DNA of 64,000 nucleotides from Azolla caroliniana (GCA_043228905.1 JBHGNT010000011.1:930001-994000), one strand, 5' to 3'; shown: positions 49,981 through 63,533, counted from the first letter of the stretch. Made by a program: numbers and translations. The notes: generated by a model not told the origin, from the letters alone.

Positions 49981-52900
49981 TGTTGAGCAACAAGCTCAAC
50001 TGGAGCTGGATCGGCTGAATAAGCCTGAGCCGGCAAGCGAGACGGATCGGTAAGCCGTGAGCAACCGAGCCGGCAAGCAACAGAGCCGATGAGCTGGGGA
50101 GCCGGTTAGCCTTATCCAATCGGTAACCGGAAGCCTAGTATTAGTTTAGACTACTAGGCAATTATAGTCTCGTAGTAAGTGTCAAAAGCTCGTGTGAGCA
50201 TTGAAGTACGCGGTACTTCTGTCAGTCCCATGAGGACTTGTATAAATAGTGCTACTGAGCACAGTTGTAAGTGACAAAGTGATTATATCGTTTTGAATAT
50301 AGCTTTTACATTCTGCTCTCACTATCTCTCCCGTGTACTCTGTGTATTCCCTACTTTCTCTGTTTTCTAATGCTTCCGCAAGTAATCGTTTACATGGTAT
50401 CAGAGTGCGAGGGTTGAAAACCTCCTCTGTAGCCGACAAACGCTTGAAAGCAAACCCTAATAGGTGGTAAAACAACAGATAGAGAAGTGATGGATAGAGG
50501 GATGGGAAACCCTCCCAGTGTGGGAACAATCGGCAAGCAGAGTGATGTACTGCTTCGCGTCCAGTGTCGGAGACCAGCTGCTAAGCCACATCCGAGACGC
50601 CAAGATGCCGAAGGAGGCTTGGGGGAACCTGAAGAAGGTTTTCGCCGCGAGCACTACAACCCAGAAGCTGCAACTCCGACAAGAGTTGAGCAATGTTCGA
50701 CAGAAGGACATGTCGGTGGCAGATTACATGGCCCGGATCAAAGACATCTGTGACTCGCTTGCCTCTATCAACGTTACCGTAGAGGAAGACGAGATGGTAC
50801 AGGTCTGTCTTGAGGGCTTGGCGTCTAAGTTTAGAGCGTTCTGAACGGCGGTGTGTACAAGGGAGAATACGCCGCCATTTTTTGACTTACAGTCAATGCT
50901 CCTTGTAGAGGAGAACCACGCCGGTGCGTCAACTAGCGCACCCACTGACAACCGGATGCTATACATGGAGGTGGATTGGTCCCGTGGGCGTGGTGGACGA
51001 GGCGGGTCGGCACGCAATGGAGGCGGCCGACAAGAGCAAGAACGAAGGCATAAAGAATGTGCCAACAGCAGTTCCGGGACTCCCACAGGCAGGTGGAGTC
51101 ATGGTGACACCGGAAGACGGCAAGAGAAGTTAGCAACGGAACATTGGTACTGTGGCAAAAAGGGCCATAGAGAAAGCGAGTGCTGGAGAAAACGAGCCGA
51201 TTCGGACAAATCCAGATCCGGCAAGGCCGACAAGGATGGCCGACAAAGCTCGCACTATGCGAAGGGATCGGGAGGATCCAAGAACGGTAACGGGCCAGCC
51301 TTGGTAATGAAGCACGAGGCGAACTTGATGAAGAAGACCACTTCCAAATCGGAGGAAGTGTGGTATGTTGATTCTGGTGCGTCGAACCACATGACGAGCC
51401 ACAAAGAGTGGTTCTCCTTTTTGGAGAAATCGGATCAACCAGGAGTAGTCGAAACCGGAGATGACACTCCTCACCCAATTGTGCACGTCGGAGAAGTCCC
51501 TTTGAGCCACGTCGAACAGAAGGGGAAGCTTATGAATGTATTACACGTTCCGACAATCACGAAGAACCTGGTGTCGGTCGGACAAGCGGATAGGCCACGT
51601 CAATTACCGGAGGCTTCAAGACCTGCAAACGAAACAAGTTGTTTTCGGTTTGCCGAAGTTCAGCGGGCGGAAGGCCCAAGTATGTGAAGCCTGCCAACTC
51701 GGGAAGAAACACCAGCTTCCATTCCCTACCGAACGTAACTGGAGCCGTAACAAGCTCGACTTAATCCATTCGGATGTGTGGCGGGAGTCGATATTTCGTC
51801 TCCTTCATCGACGACTATACGCGGCACACATGGATCTACCTCATTGAGCATGGTGTTTCCGAGTGTTTCTGGAGTGAAGTCTTCGAGTGTTTCCGGAGTC
51901 TCCAAAGCATGGTGGAACGGGAATCGGAGAGGAAGATCAAATGCCTGCGGTCGGATGGCGGGAAAGAATACTTTTTCGGCCAATTCAATAGTTATCTGTA
52001 GCAAACGGGAATTCGACGAGAGTTCAGCTGCAGATACACACCGCAACAGAACGATGTTGCCAAGAGGAAGAACCAGTCGCTTATCGATGCGGCAAGGGCA
52101 ATGTTGGAAGAGAAGAGCATGCCCAAATTCTACTGGGCGGAGGCAGTCCGAACGACTGTCTACATCCAGAACCGGATCGGTGACAAGCTGTCAGCTCATG
52201 AGAAGCCGAATTTGAGACACCTTAAGATCTTCGATAGCATTGCATATGTGCATGTACCGGATGAGAAGCGGAGGAAGCTGGATGCAAAATTGGAAAAATG
52301 CATCCTAGTCGGCTATGCTCAAGAGCAAAAGGGTTATAAGTGTTATAACCCCCGGACAAGGCAGGTCCGAGTTAGTCGAGATGTCGAGTTTGATGAATCG
52401 GCATTGTGGTACTCCTTATCGATTCTGACTTCCGAATCTGACCCGATGCCGGAGGATGAGGCAAGTGAGCCTAAACCGGCCCAGGTAGAGGATGATGAAG
52501 CGTGGACTCAAGATGAGAGTCCGGAATCGTTCCGGTTGAGCGGGCCGAACGAGAGACTGAGTCAATCTGTCCAGTCCGATGAGGAACCGACGAGTAGTGG
52601 AGACTCTGCCGTGCACTCCCCGCGCAAGGAACCGAGGAGACGGTTCACTCACAAAGAGAAAGGGAAGAAGAAGATGCCGGAATTCGAAACCGGCAACGAT
52701 GAGTCAGATCGGTGTGCATCCAACTCCAGCAAGGAGAAAGGCGGATCTTCGGCAACGAAGACCGAACCAGCCAAGAAGGGCCTCAAACCGGGTAACGGTG
52801 AGTTACGCCGGTCCGCCCGCCAGAAGGATCCCGTCAAGCGGTACGGGTACAATGAGTACATGGCGCATCACTATGCATACATGACTAAGGTGGTGGAAGT

Positions 52901-55424
52901 GCGTGAGTCGGAGAGCTATGCACAAGCGTCCAAGGATGCAAATTGGCGTGCCACTATGGAGGAAGAAATGTGGGCAGTTGATGTCAACAAGACATGGGAC
53001 CTGGTTGACCCTCCTCGTCACTGTAAACCGATCGGATGCAAGTGGATATACAAGGTAAAGTACAACGCCGACGGTTTTGTTAACCGGTATAAAGCCCGGT
53101 TAGTGGTGAAGGGGTACGCGCAGACCCACGGAATCGACTACAATGAGACCTTCGCTCCTGTAGCGAAGATGACAACGGTTCGAGTGGTGCTGGCGGTTGC
53201 TGCGGCAAGGGGGTTGCATCTTCATCATATGGATGTGAAGAATGCATTTCTTCAAGGTGATCTTGAAGAAGAAGTTTTTATGACTCAGCCTCCCGGTTTT
53301 CAATCGAAGATGAACAAGTCGGCGGTATGCCGGCTGAAGAAGTCGTTGTACGGCCTGAAGCAAGCCCCTCGAGCTTGGAATGCGAAGATCACACACCGGT
53401 TGCGTAAGATGGGGTTTGTGGCCTCCAAATCGGACTCTTCCTTGTTCATCCAGCAAGGCTCAGCCGGTCCGGTATGTATACTGTTGTATGTTGATGATCT
53501 AGTCATCACTAGACCGGGTGTTCCAGAAATCAACCGCGTCAAGTCCCAGTTGTCGGACGCATTTGAGATGAAGGATCTGGGGGACCTTCATTATTTTCTA
53601 GGGATCGAGGTGATCCGAATCCCGGATGGCATATTGCTCTCACAACGACATTACGTGTTGAATATGTTGTACATGTTCGGCATGACAGAATGCCGACCTG
53701 TATCCACACCCTTGGACCGGAACCAAAAGCTTCGTCCCAACTCCGGACCAGCCTGCAACGAGCAACGGTTCTGACAAATTGTCGGAAGCCTTATTTACTT
53801 GACTATCACGTGGCCCAACATCAGCTATCCGGTCGGAATGATAAGTTAGTTCATGCAGAAGCCGACTGTGGAGCACCTTCAGTGCGTGCAAAGGATATTG
53901 CGATATGTCAGTGGCACGAAGGACCGGGGACTGTTATACCGGCGAGGTATACCCGAAGAGCTCGTCGGTTACACAGATGCTGACTGGGTCGACGATGCAT
54001 TAGATCGCCGATCAACCTCCAGTTACATGTTTTCCCTAGGTAGCGCAACTATTGCGTGGAGCAGTAAAAAGCAGCCAACAGTTGCTCTGTCGAGCACTAA
54101 GGCTGAGTATCGTGGCACTACCCTTGCCACCGATGAAGCCATTTGGTTTCGGTGACTGCTGTGAGACTTGCAGACGGAGGTACCGACCCCGATCCCGATT
54201 TATTGTGATAACATCAGCGGCATGCAGCTCGCCAAGAACCCTGTGTTCCACGCTCGCACGAAGCACATAGAAGTGCATTATCACTTTGTGCGTGAGCGGG
54301 TCCTGAGCGGTGAAGTTGAACTACAGTATGTTCACACAGATCGGCAAGTTGCCGATATCTTCACCAAGCCACTCGGATCAGACAAGTTGCAGCATTTTAC
54401 CGACATGCTTGGTGTTCAGAATCTTGACGTGCCGCACTTGAGGGGGAGAAGAAGCGGCAAAGACACCGTCGGAACGGGCAAAGGCAAAGAGACTGTTGCC
54501 GACACCGGTAAGGGAAGAACCGGAGGAGGGGAAGACAAGGAGGCTGAAGAAGCCGAGGATGGAAGTAGGGCCAAGACCCGAACTTGGTCTGATATGGTGA
54601 AGGGCCTTAAACCGAAAGACGAGTCGAAGGATACCGACTTAGACAAGAGCTGGAACGAATCGGGGACAACCGATTCGGACCAACAGACGGATCCGGATGA
54701 ACTGAATCAACTAGAGGCCAAGCAGACACGGATGCAACGAAAGTCGATGCCATCGCGGAGGAACCGACGGATCGGCAAGCGCTGGAGTTGTAGCAACGGA
54801 GGATCTGAGAGGGGCCTATTGAGCAGACATACCGACCGAGAAGGTCGAGGCGCACAGAACAAGAGGGGTCGCGGCAAATAGAACCAGACCGGACGAGGAG
54901 CGTGAGCAAGGCGGAGCGACGCCAGGAGAAGTCGGTTGGAAGAACCGACTACCACAGAGATTGACACTAGGATCCAACCTCAAGTTTAGCTTGAGGGGGA
55001 GTGTTGAGCGGCAAGCTCAACTAGAGCCGGATCGGCTGAATAAGCCTGAGCCGGCAAGCGAGACGAATCGGTAAGCCGTGAGCAACCGAGCCGGCAAGCA
55101 ACAGATCCGGTGAGCTGGGGAGCCGGTTAGCTGGATCCAATCGGTAATCAAAAGCCTAGTATTAGTTTAGACTACTAGGCAATTATAGTCTTGTAGTAAG
55201 TGTCAAAAGCTCGTGTGAGCATTGAAGTACGCAGTATTTCTGTCAGTCCCATGAGGACTTGTATAAATAGTGCTACTGAGCACAACTGTAAGTGACAAAG
55301 TGATTATATCATTTTGAATATAGCTTTTATGTTCTGCTCTCTCTGTCTCTCCCGTGTACTTTGTGTATTCCCTACTTTCCCTACTTTCTCTGTTTTCTAA
55401 CGCTTCCGCAAGTAATCATTTACA
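49981..55424 (+). mobile_element. Full-length Ty1/copia element 2 (degenerate)
   Basis: LTRs 49981-50394 and 55002-55424, TSD AATCA, PBS TGGTATCAGAG at 50395, PPT GAGGGGGAG. Confidence 0.96.
50490..54881 (+). pseudogene. Copia 2 gag-pol with internal deletions, stops and a charged C-terminal extension
   Basis: WYVDSGASNHMT, CLRSDGGKEY, YKARLVVKG, HMDVKNAFLQG, LYVDDL, YCDN...HARTKHIEVHYHF, ADIFTKPL. Confidence 0.93.
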
Positions 55425-55936
55425 AATCACATAAAACGTACAAAATTGAGTATGAATCACATAAAATAATAATAGTGAAGATAACATTTTAAATAAGTTT
55501 AATATCTAAATACAAAATGATGGAGGTCTTCAAGAGCTTTCAAATGCACTTTATTACACGAGAAACAGACAACTAAATGTCAAGATATGAGGGTATAAAG
55601 TTTATAAAAGGAAAAGAGAAAACTATGAGATATCCCACATAGGCACGACAAATACGGCTCTCATTATATATAAGGTAGAGAAAAAGCTATTACCTTTGTG
55701 TCTACGTGTGGAGCATAGAGAGTTCAACGTAAATTGAACTAAGAGTGGAGGTGGCCTAGCCACTTGTAAAGGTTTTGGCCGACTAAAACCGGACCGGCGA
55801 TGGAACCGACATTCGGCGGCAGCCACCAGTAACGGGTGGCATCCGGCGCCGGCGAGGTGACGACAACCAGTAACCGACGACATCCGGCGAACCGACGAGT
55901 AGATAAATAAATATATAAATATATATACATATCCAA

Positions 55937-56010
55937 GGAGGACAAGTAAGGATTCGAACCTTACACCTCCAAGTTAAGAGTCAATTGGCTTACCACTAAG
56001 CCAAGATATT
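55937..56010 (-). other. Second copy of the tRNA-Lys(CTT)-like Pol III module inside the gypsy LTR
   Basis: Minus strand TGGCTTAGTGGTAAGCCAATTGACTCTTAACTTGGAGGTGTAAGGTTCGAATCCTTAC has a consensus B box and a 6-bp T-arm (GTAAGG/CCTTAC). Confidence 0.75.
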
Positions 56011-56529
56011 TAGTTGAAATTATATTTCTATCATTATACTTTTACATGTAAATTCTTATGCATGAGGGCTAAAATGAGTGACATGGTTATCATGCACCAC
56101 ATGTAATACACGAGTGCCAAATGGCAAACATGCATCATATGCATGGGGGCATCTATAAAAGGATGGATGACAATGTATTATGGATCCATGTATGAACGAA
56201 GAAATTAATGAGAAGAAAAGTCATTGATGATAATCCTGTTTCTTAAATAAAGAGTTAAAACCTTAATCTCAATATCTCTCTCTTGGCTATATCAATCTTT
56301 CTCATACTAAGTCAAGTGTTTAATCTTAATCTCTTTCTCTCTCTCAATCTATCCTAAATACTTTCTCGCTAAGCTTGGTGCAAACTTCGATCCTTCCGGT
56401 CTAGAACCCCAAGTGTTCTGTCTCGCGATCTGCACCTAGTGACGGATCTTCATGACATAATTAAGTGGTGAACCCGATGTGAAAGAGGCGGTAGGAAGGA
56501 TCAAGTCGAGGATCAACCGATACTTAGAG

Positions 56530-58709
56530 ATGGCATCCTCAAGCAATCAAGCGTGAGAGCTCGAAAGGATGATGCCAATCGTCGAGCAAATGATGAGATC
56601 TCGGGACAATGACGCAAGCGTGGAGAAGGCTGTCGATCGTGTCGTAGAGCCCGAGGGCCAATTCGATGGAAGGAACGTTACGAAGTTCCTTGATGCATAT
56701 AGAAGGGAGATGAATTAGAGGGACGTGTCCGAAGCACGTCAAATCGCAAGCATCAAGAGAGTTGTTGCCAACAACGTTCAAAGACGCGTCATCGAACTTC
56801 AAGAAGGTAAGACAACATGGTCCGAGTTCGAGAAAACGATACTAGCGGAGTTCGCGACTGAAGATTCAACGAGGATGACTCGACATACCCTGATGAAGTG
56901 GATAGAGAAGAAGAATAAGAAGACGAATTCGACTAGATGTTTAGTCGTCTCCCTAACACGGACCAAGTGTTGCTTGAAGAGGACAAGTCTTTGTACTTCC
57001 TGAAGGCCGTGGACATGAAGGATAGACGGGAGTTGGGGACTCTTCTCGAAGATGATACCCGAGCGAACGGGCTTGTGGTGGACTGGGTTGCGGTAAAGTG
57101 GGCATGCAATAGGCTCGACAAGCATCGCCAATGGGTTGATGACACCGACTTGATAGGATCGACTACCACGGAGAAAGCAAGACCGCCGAAAGTAGCTGAG
57201 CCGCCAAGACAAAGTAACGTGGAAGAAAAGAAGATTGATGACGACATCATCGAAGAGCTAGCGAAGAAGTACGAGAAGGTCACAGTAGCCAACATGAATC
57301 GTCGGGGCCGTAAAGGAAAAGAACCCTTTAGATGCGTGTGGTGCGATAGCATGGACCACATGAGAAGGGATTGCGTGAGCCTTCGAGAGGCGATCCGTCA
57401 AAATATCGTGTACATAGATGACAACATGATCTGCTCGAGCGAGACTAGAAGACCCCTACGGGTGAATTTCGGAAGAGGAGGAATGAAGAAAGCTATGGAA
57501 GATGCCAATGCGACTCATGTGGATGCGATGCACTATGCTGCGTCGGCCGGAATAAGAGTCGGGAAAGATAGAAATGAAGCTGGGAAAGTGGGAACCAAGT
57601 TTTGGTCTTCCGTTCTCGAATATGAGAAGAAGGGAAAAGTCACATCGAACGAGGTAGAGCTTGTGGACCGAAGCATGCAAAGCATAAACGGGTGGTCGGA
57701 TCTGGTGGACGACAAAACCATACTCGCGGAGGTGATGTGCGACAACCACGAGGTGTTCGTCGAAGAAAAGAGAAAAAGAATAGAAGAGCAAGGCCCATCA
57801 AAAAGACATGAAACAAGGAACGCGAAAAAGAAGGACGATGCGGAGACGAGTCGACCTTTACAAACGGAGGAACGAGAATCAAGCCGAAGAGGGGAGCCGA
57901 GCATACGAGTTGATGAAACGGTTCGGCCCATGAAGGTTGGTGTCGAAGACCCCGCTCGGAGGACAAGGACTATGCCTACCTATAAGCTAAGGTCGGACAT
58001 AGAGCAGACGACGGACCTAAAGAATATTCTTGAAGGACGAGTTCTTGATAGCCACGTGACTTTGTCCTTGAGGGAATTGCTTGGCATTACGAAGAAGGAG
58101 TTCCATGACACGATCGTGGACCTTGTAAAGAGAAAAAGACAACAATCGGACGAGGAAGAAGAGAAGCCGCAAAAAGCAAAAACGAATGCCATAACGATGG
58201 CAAGAGACGAAGTTGATGAAGATATGGTGGACAACCACTATACTCGACCTCATTGGGCACGAGTGACAACAGAGACGCCGGTGAAGATCGGGGAGAAGAA
58301 AGAAACTATGGTAGCTTTGATTGACCACGGCTCAGAGATAAACTTCATGTCAACTGATTTCTACAAAAAAGGAAGATGGCCAATCAAAACAAACCATGGA
58401 TGGAAGATTTGCGCGGCAACAAAGTCTACGGAGGACTTGAACGGAGCTTGTCCCAATGTCAAAGTCACGATCGGGGATGTGGAGATTGATCAACACTACT
58501 TCTTCGTACAACAATCGGTGTCGCATCCTGTGATCCTAGGGCAACCGTATATCCCATCATCTCAGAAGGAGACCAAAGTGTTCGATAATGGAGCAGCCTT
58601 TGCACGAATAAAGAGTTTTGACAACCAAAGATCCGTCCAATTCCTAACGGTGCGAGCCAATCATGAAAGGAATCGAGATAGTCTCGGAGGCGAATCCTCG
58701 GATTTTTAG
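56530..58709 (+). pseudogene. Gypsy ORF1: Gag (CCHC) plus aspartic protease
   Basis: FDGRNVTKFL, CVWCDSMDHMRRDC, YKLRSDIE and VALIDHGSEINFM. A 590-codon open stretch covers 56937-58709; the 5' part has stops. Confidence 0.9.
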
Positions 58710-60157
58710 AGTGGACTATTGAAGCATGGGGCACAAATAGTCCGAGCAATCACAAGACCCCACAAGAAAGAAGAGTGTGTGGATTGCGAGGAGAAGCAAC
58801 ATGTGTTACACCTAGTGGCGCATGTAGACTAGCACTACCCGACAAGAAGGACAAGCGTCGGATACAAGAATTCGAGAAGATGCTGAAAGAAGAAAACATA
58901 ATAGAAGAAGGAGAGTTCGTGACTCATATTATGGAAGAAGCCTCATTTAACGACACAATTGGCGAAATAGAGGAAGTCGTGGACTTGAGATATCTTCACG
59001 ATCATTACGTGATTTCGGTTATCTCTGTCAACATGTATGCTATCATCGATGAATACCGTCGTGGCATCTCGATGAAGGAAGTTGACATCAACACGAAATA
59101 TAAAACGGTGGATAAGAAGATCAAGCCAGTTGCGGTTCCACTACCGGAAGATAGCTGGCAAAAGATGAAGGAAGTCGCTAACGATCCAAGCTTAAGAGAT
59201 CCGAAGATGATAGGTCATGTCTTCACCAAAGAGACGAAGGGGAAGCTACGAGTTGGAAAGGAGGATTTCCTTCTCCCTGAAGAGGAGCAAATGTTTCGCG
59301 ATATGCTTGAGAGACATGAGAAGGCTTTCGCATTCTTCCCATGAGAAATCGCATGTGCCGACCCAAAGGTTATAGAGCCAATGGTGATCTTCACGGTGCC
59401 TCATGTGCCTTGGAATTTGAAACCAATATCGGTTCCGAGAGCACACCTTCCGAAGCTGATCAAGCTCTTAAAGGAGATGGTGAGTACGGGAATTCTAGAA
59501 CCGTCGAATGCTCCTTATTCCAATAGGTGGTTCACGGTGCCGAAGAAGAATGTATCATTGCGATTCATCCAAGATCTTCAAACCGTCAACAAGGTGACAA
59601 TTCGAAATGCCGGAATCGGTCCGAGCGTGGACGAATTTGCTGAAGCATTTGCGGGCCTGTTCGTCTACTCCATTGGCGATCTCTACTCCGGATATGACCA
59701 ATTCCAATTGGCGATCGACAGTCGGGACATTACAACCATGAGGACTCCGATCGGGCTTGTGCGGATGTGTACCTTACCCCAAGGCGCAACGAACTCGGTG
59801 GCTCATATGGTGAATGCCATGAATAAAGTCTGGAAGGATTGAATCTCGGACATCACAATACCATTCTTGGATGATATTCCGATAAAAGGATGTTTGGATG
59901 AGGAGAAAGAGGAATCGAAAGATAAGGAAGGTTGTAGAAAGTTCGTTGCAGATCATATGAAAGATTGCGAGAAGGTGCTTCAAAGGCTTGAAGATGCAAA
60001 TTTGACATTTTTGGGAGAAAAATCCACATTCGGGCAGCCGGAGATCTTGGTGGTAGGTCACTTATGTGGGGATTATGGCCAGAAGCCTTCGCCATACAAA
60101 GTGAACGCGATCCAAGACATGAAAGAAGAATGCGAAAATCAAACGGAGGTTAGAAGG
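58700..60157 (+). pseudogene. Gypsy ORF2 (RT), in the -1 frame relative to ORF1
   Basis: TKYKTVDKKIKPV, PYSNRWFTVPKK, DLYSGYDQF, LPQGATNS, PFLDDIPIKG. Confidence 0.9.
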
Positions 60158-63114
60158 TGTAGTTAAAATCGTTGTCAGCCACAACCGGTTTGCGTGTGCG
60201 GAATAATAGTCAATCTAATGGAGAGGAAAATTAGAATACAGAAATTGAGAATGACACAAATTTTAACGTGGAAACCCGAACTGGGGAAAAAACCACGTGG
60301 AGTTCACAAACTCTGAAACAGAACACTATGAGAGAAAGAAATACAATCAGAGATCTCAGAGGCAATGACCTCGAGATCCTGCTTCGCCAACAGGCGGCTA
60401 TGGAGCTCACACGCTTCCACTCACACTCCTTCACTCGCACCATTACAGAGACCACGACCTCGACAACAATAACTTTACAATAATACACACACATAGCATG
60501 ATTGCCCTAAGTACTTATATACCAATGTAACCTTCCGACTATTTACAAGTTTAGCCCTTCCGTGTTGGCTATCTCCACGATTTCCGGTTTCGGCCGAGGC
60601 CGAGGGACCTGCTTCCTAACAAACTCCCTCTTCACTCTGGCATGGGATGTCTCACTAGTCCGATCCGCTTCCGACATGCATCCAGCTTGTCGGGTATCAA
60701 TACTTTGGTCAGCATATCTGACCCATTCTCGGCTGTGTGGATCTTCGTCAGCGCGAACTGTCGATCTTCTACTCGCTCTCGGATCCAGTGATACCTACGT
60801 TGGATGTGCTTCGTCTTGGAGTGGTACGCTGCGTTCTTGGCAAGGTGGATGGCACTTTGATTGTCGCAATAGAGCTGGTATTCATCTTGTCGGATACCGA
60901 GCTCTCCGATGAAGTCCTTCATCCATAATATTTCCTTGCTGGCTTCAACGACCGCCATGTACTCCGCCTCCGTGGTTGACAACGCAACCTTCTTTTGCAA
61001 CCTCGACTGCCACGAAACAACTCCCCCTGCATATGTCATTACATACCCGGATGTAGAACGACTAGTATCCACATCAGCCGACATATCTGAATCGGTAAAA
61101 CCGTCAAGTTGAGGTTTACCGGAGCCGAATCAGAGACACATATTCGAAGTGCCCTTCAAGTACCGGAGTATCCATTTGACCGCGTTCCAGTGCTCCTTGC
61201 CAGGATTGCTCATAAACCGGCTCACCACTTTGACTACATATCCAATATCCTGTCGAGTACACACCATTGCGTACATTAAGATCCCGACGGCAGAAGCATA
61301 TGGAACCTTCATCATATCCTCCTTCTCTGTTTTCGTCTTCGGGCTTTGCTTACCGGATAATCTGCAGTTTGCTGAGAGTGTCTATCCGACTGGTTTCGCT
61401 TCTAACATGTTGAACCGCTGAAGCACCTTTGTCACGTATTTCTCCTGTGACAGCCACAATTGCTTCTTTGACCGGTCTCAGATGATGTGCATCCCCAATA
61501 TCTGTCTTGTCGGGCCCAAGTCTTTCATTGCGAAAGTTCGGTTGAGAGCCTTCTTCAGCATCCGTATTTTCGCTTGGTCCCGTCCGACGATCAACATGTC
61601 GCCCACGTACAGAAGGAGAATCAGGAAGTCGCCTCCTTCGAACTTCTTAACAAAGATGCAGTGATCGGTTTGCGTTTTGTGATACCCTTGGTCGGTCATG
61701 AAGGAGTCGAACTTCCGGTACCATTGTCGGGGAGCTTGCTTCAATCCGTACATGCTCTTCTTCAATCGGCAAACCAAGTGCTCCTTCCCTTTTTCCACGA
61801 ATCCTTCCGGTTGTTGCATGTAGATCTCCTCTTCGAGGTCACCGTGAAGGAATGTTGTCTTCACGTCCAGCTGCTCTACCTCGAGGTCCATGCTTGCCGC
61901 TATACTCAGCACCGTCCGGATGGAAGTCATCTTTACTATCGGGGAAAATATCTCGTCGAAGTCCACGCCCTTCTTCAGCTGGAACCCTTCACCATGATCC
62001 TAGCTTTGTATCTCGGGGGGTTGCCGGCATCTCCCGGTTTCAACTTGTACACCCACTTGTTTCGGAGTGCCCGCTTTCCTTTCGGCCACTCCACCAATTT
62101 GTACGTATGGTTCTCATGCAAGGAATCCATCTCATCTTGCATGGCACTTAACCATTTGTGGCTATGGGCGTTACTTTTAGCTTCCTCGAAGCTTTCTAGC
62201 TCCCCCTCATCGGTTAGTAGCACGTGCTCTGGATCCGGAAATCTCCGGGGGGCCCTTCTCTCTCTAAGAGGATATCTGCGTCCTTGGGCTTCGGTAACCG
62301 ACTCCTCCATTTGCTCTTCATCCGAATCCGACTTGGGGTTTTGTCCGGTTTCGGTCTCACCTATTCCTTCTTCTTCTTCGGCTGGTTTTGTCTCCTCACC
62401 GTCACCGGTCGGTTCATCGAGTGCTAGTCGGCTTCTTGCCAGTTGGAACTGCATTTCATCAAATCGAAATTTTTCCTTACCGGTCGACTCGAAGTTCATT
62501 ATCTTCTTCTCCGACTCTCAATCGGAGAGCATCTTGTCCTCCATGAAGATAATATCTCGACTTTGGAATACTTTCTGGTCAACCGGATCCCACACTCGGT
62601 AGCCGAACTCTTCGTCGTCGTAACCGAGGAATATGGATGGGCGGGTCTTTGGATCTAACTTTCCTCTCCGGTCCTTAGCTACATGCACGTATGCAAGACA
62701 CCCGAATACCTTCAGATGCCGGTAGGACACTTCCTTATCGGTCTAGACTCTCTGTGGCATGTCTCCGTCCAAGGGTACTGAGGGTGATCTGTTTATCACA
62801 TATGTCGCCGTCGACAGTGCCTCAACCCAAAACTTCTTGGGTAATTTTGCATGTGCCAGCATACTCCGAACCCTCTCCATTATGGTTCAGTTCATCCTCT
62901 CGGCCAACCCGTTTAGTTCCGGCGTCTTCAGCATGGTAAATTTGAGCCAGATTCCCATCGAGCGACAATACTCCTCGAACTGCCCTCGGTATTCACCTCC
63001 GTTATCTGTTCAAACTGCCTTCAGCTTCCGGCCGGTTTCTCTTTCCACTCTTGCGTGGAGCTCTTTGAAGACGGATAACACCTGATCCTTCGTCTTCAAC
63101 GGTGTGGCCCACAG
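60158..63114 (-). mobile_element. Ty1/copia element 3 (Tnt1/Tork-like): IN-RT-RH and 3' LTR (60158-60621)
   Basis: TDNGGEY, GKLDPKT, EQLDVKTTFLHGDLEEEIYM, SWQSRLQKKVALSTTEAEY and YCDNQSAIHLAKN. PPT GAAGAGGGAG precedes TGTTAGG on the minus strand. Confidence 0.92.
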
Positions 63115-63533
63115 TGTTGTTCTTTGACCGGACAAGGCCTAACACAAGGTGTCACAGAGACACTTCACCAAAGGGTGATTACGGCATAGGATTATGACTC
63201 AACGATTACACCGACTTAAGTAGGTTACACGATTAGAGCGCTTTTGTTAATTACACGCGTAAGATATAACAGTAATTACAGAACGGAAATCAACACAGAA
63301 GTATAAACACCATACGCTCTATTAATTATCCGCTGCGATTACAATGGGGTCCGGGCCTTTAAATAGGTTTCCGGCCCGTAGTACAAGACGGTGCCTATCG
63401 CACCTCTTCGGGATCCGTCCGGATCTGGAACGGCATACCGTTTCTAGTCCGTCCGTCCACACTATGCTTATTTACAACCATACTTAATTAATTCCTTCAC
63501 TCCGTATTTTGGACTCCTTGCCGGCCGGTAACA
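63115..63533 (+). repeat. 5' LTR of a Tat-like gypsy element inserted in copia 3 integrase
   Basis: TGTT...AACA termini, followed by TGGCACGCCCGTGGGAC (63536-63552), which resembles the tRNA-Arg(TCT) PBS TGGCACGCCCAGTGGGAC with one base missing. Confidence 0.78.

Larger units (their letters stand above)
49946..60157 (+). mobile_element. Trp-primed gypsy copy D: 5' LTR split by copia 2, PBS, gag-PR and RT; interrupted by copia 3
   Basis: LTR runs from (C)GTCGTGAAGAT at 49946 to ATCTTCATGACA at 56457, about 1.06 kb without the copia. PBS TGGTGAACCCGATGTGAA at 56466-56483. Confidence 0.88.

Noticed and set aside
54168-54881. env-like gene in copia 2
   Set aside because: It is an in-frame RH tail, highly charged and without a transmembrane segment.
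61487-62602. 371-aa plus-strand ORF and similar long ORFs opposite pol genes
   Set aside because: These are antisense shadows of retrotransposon coding sequence with no independent motifs.
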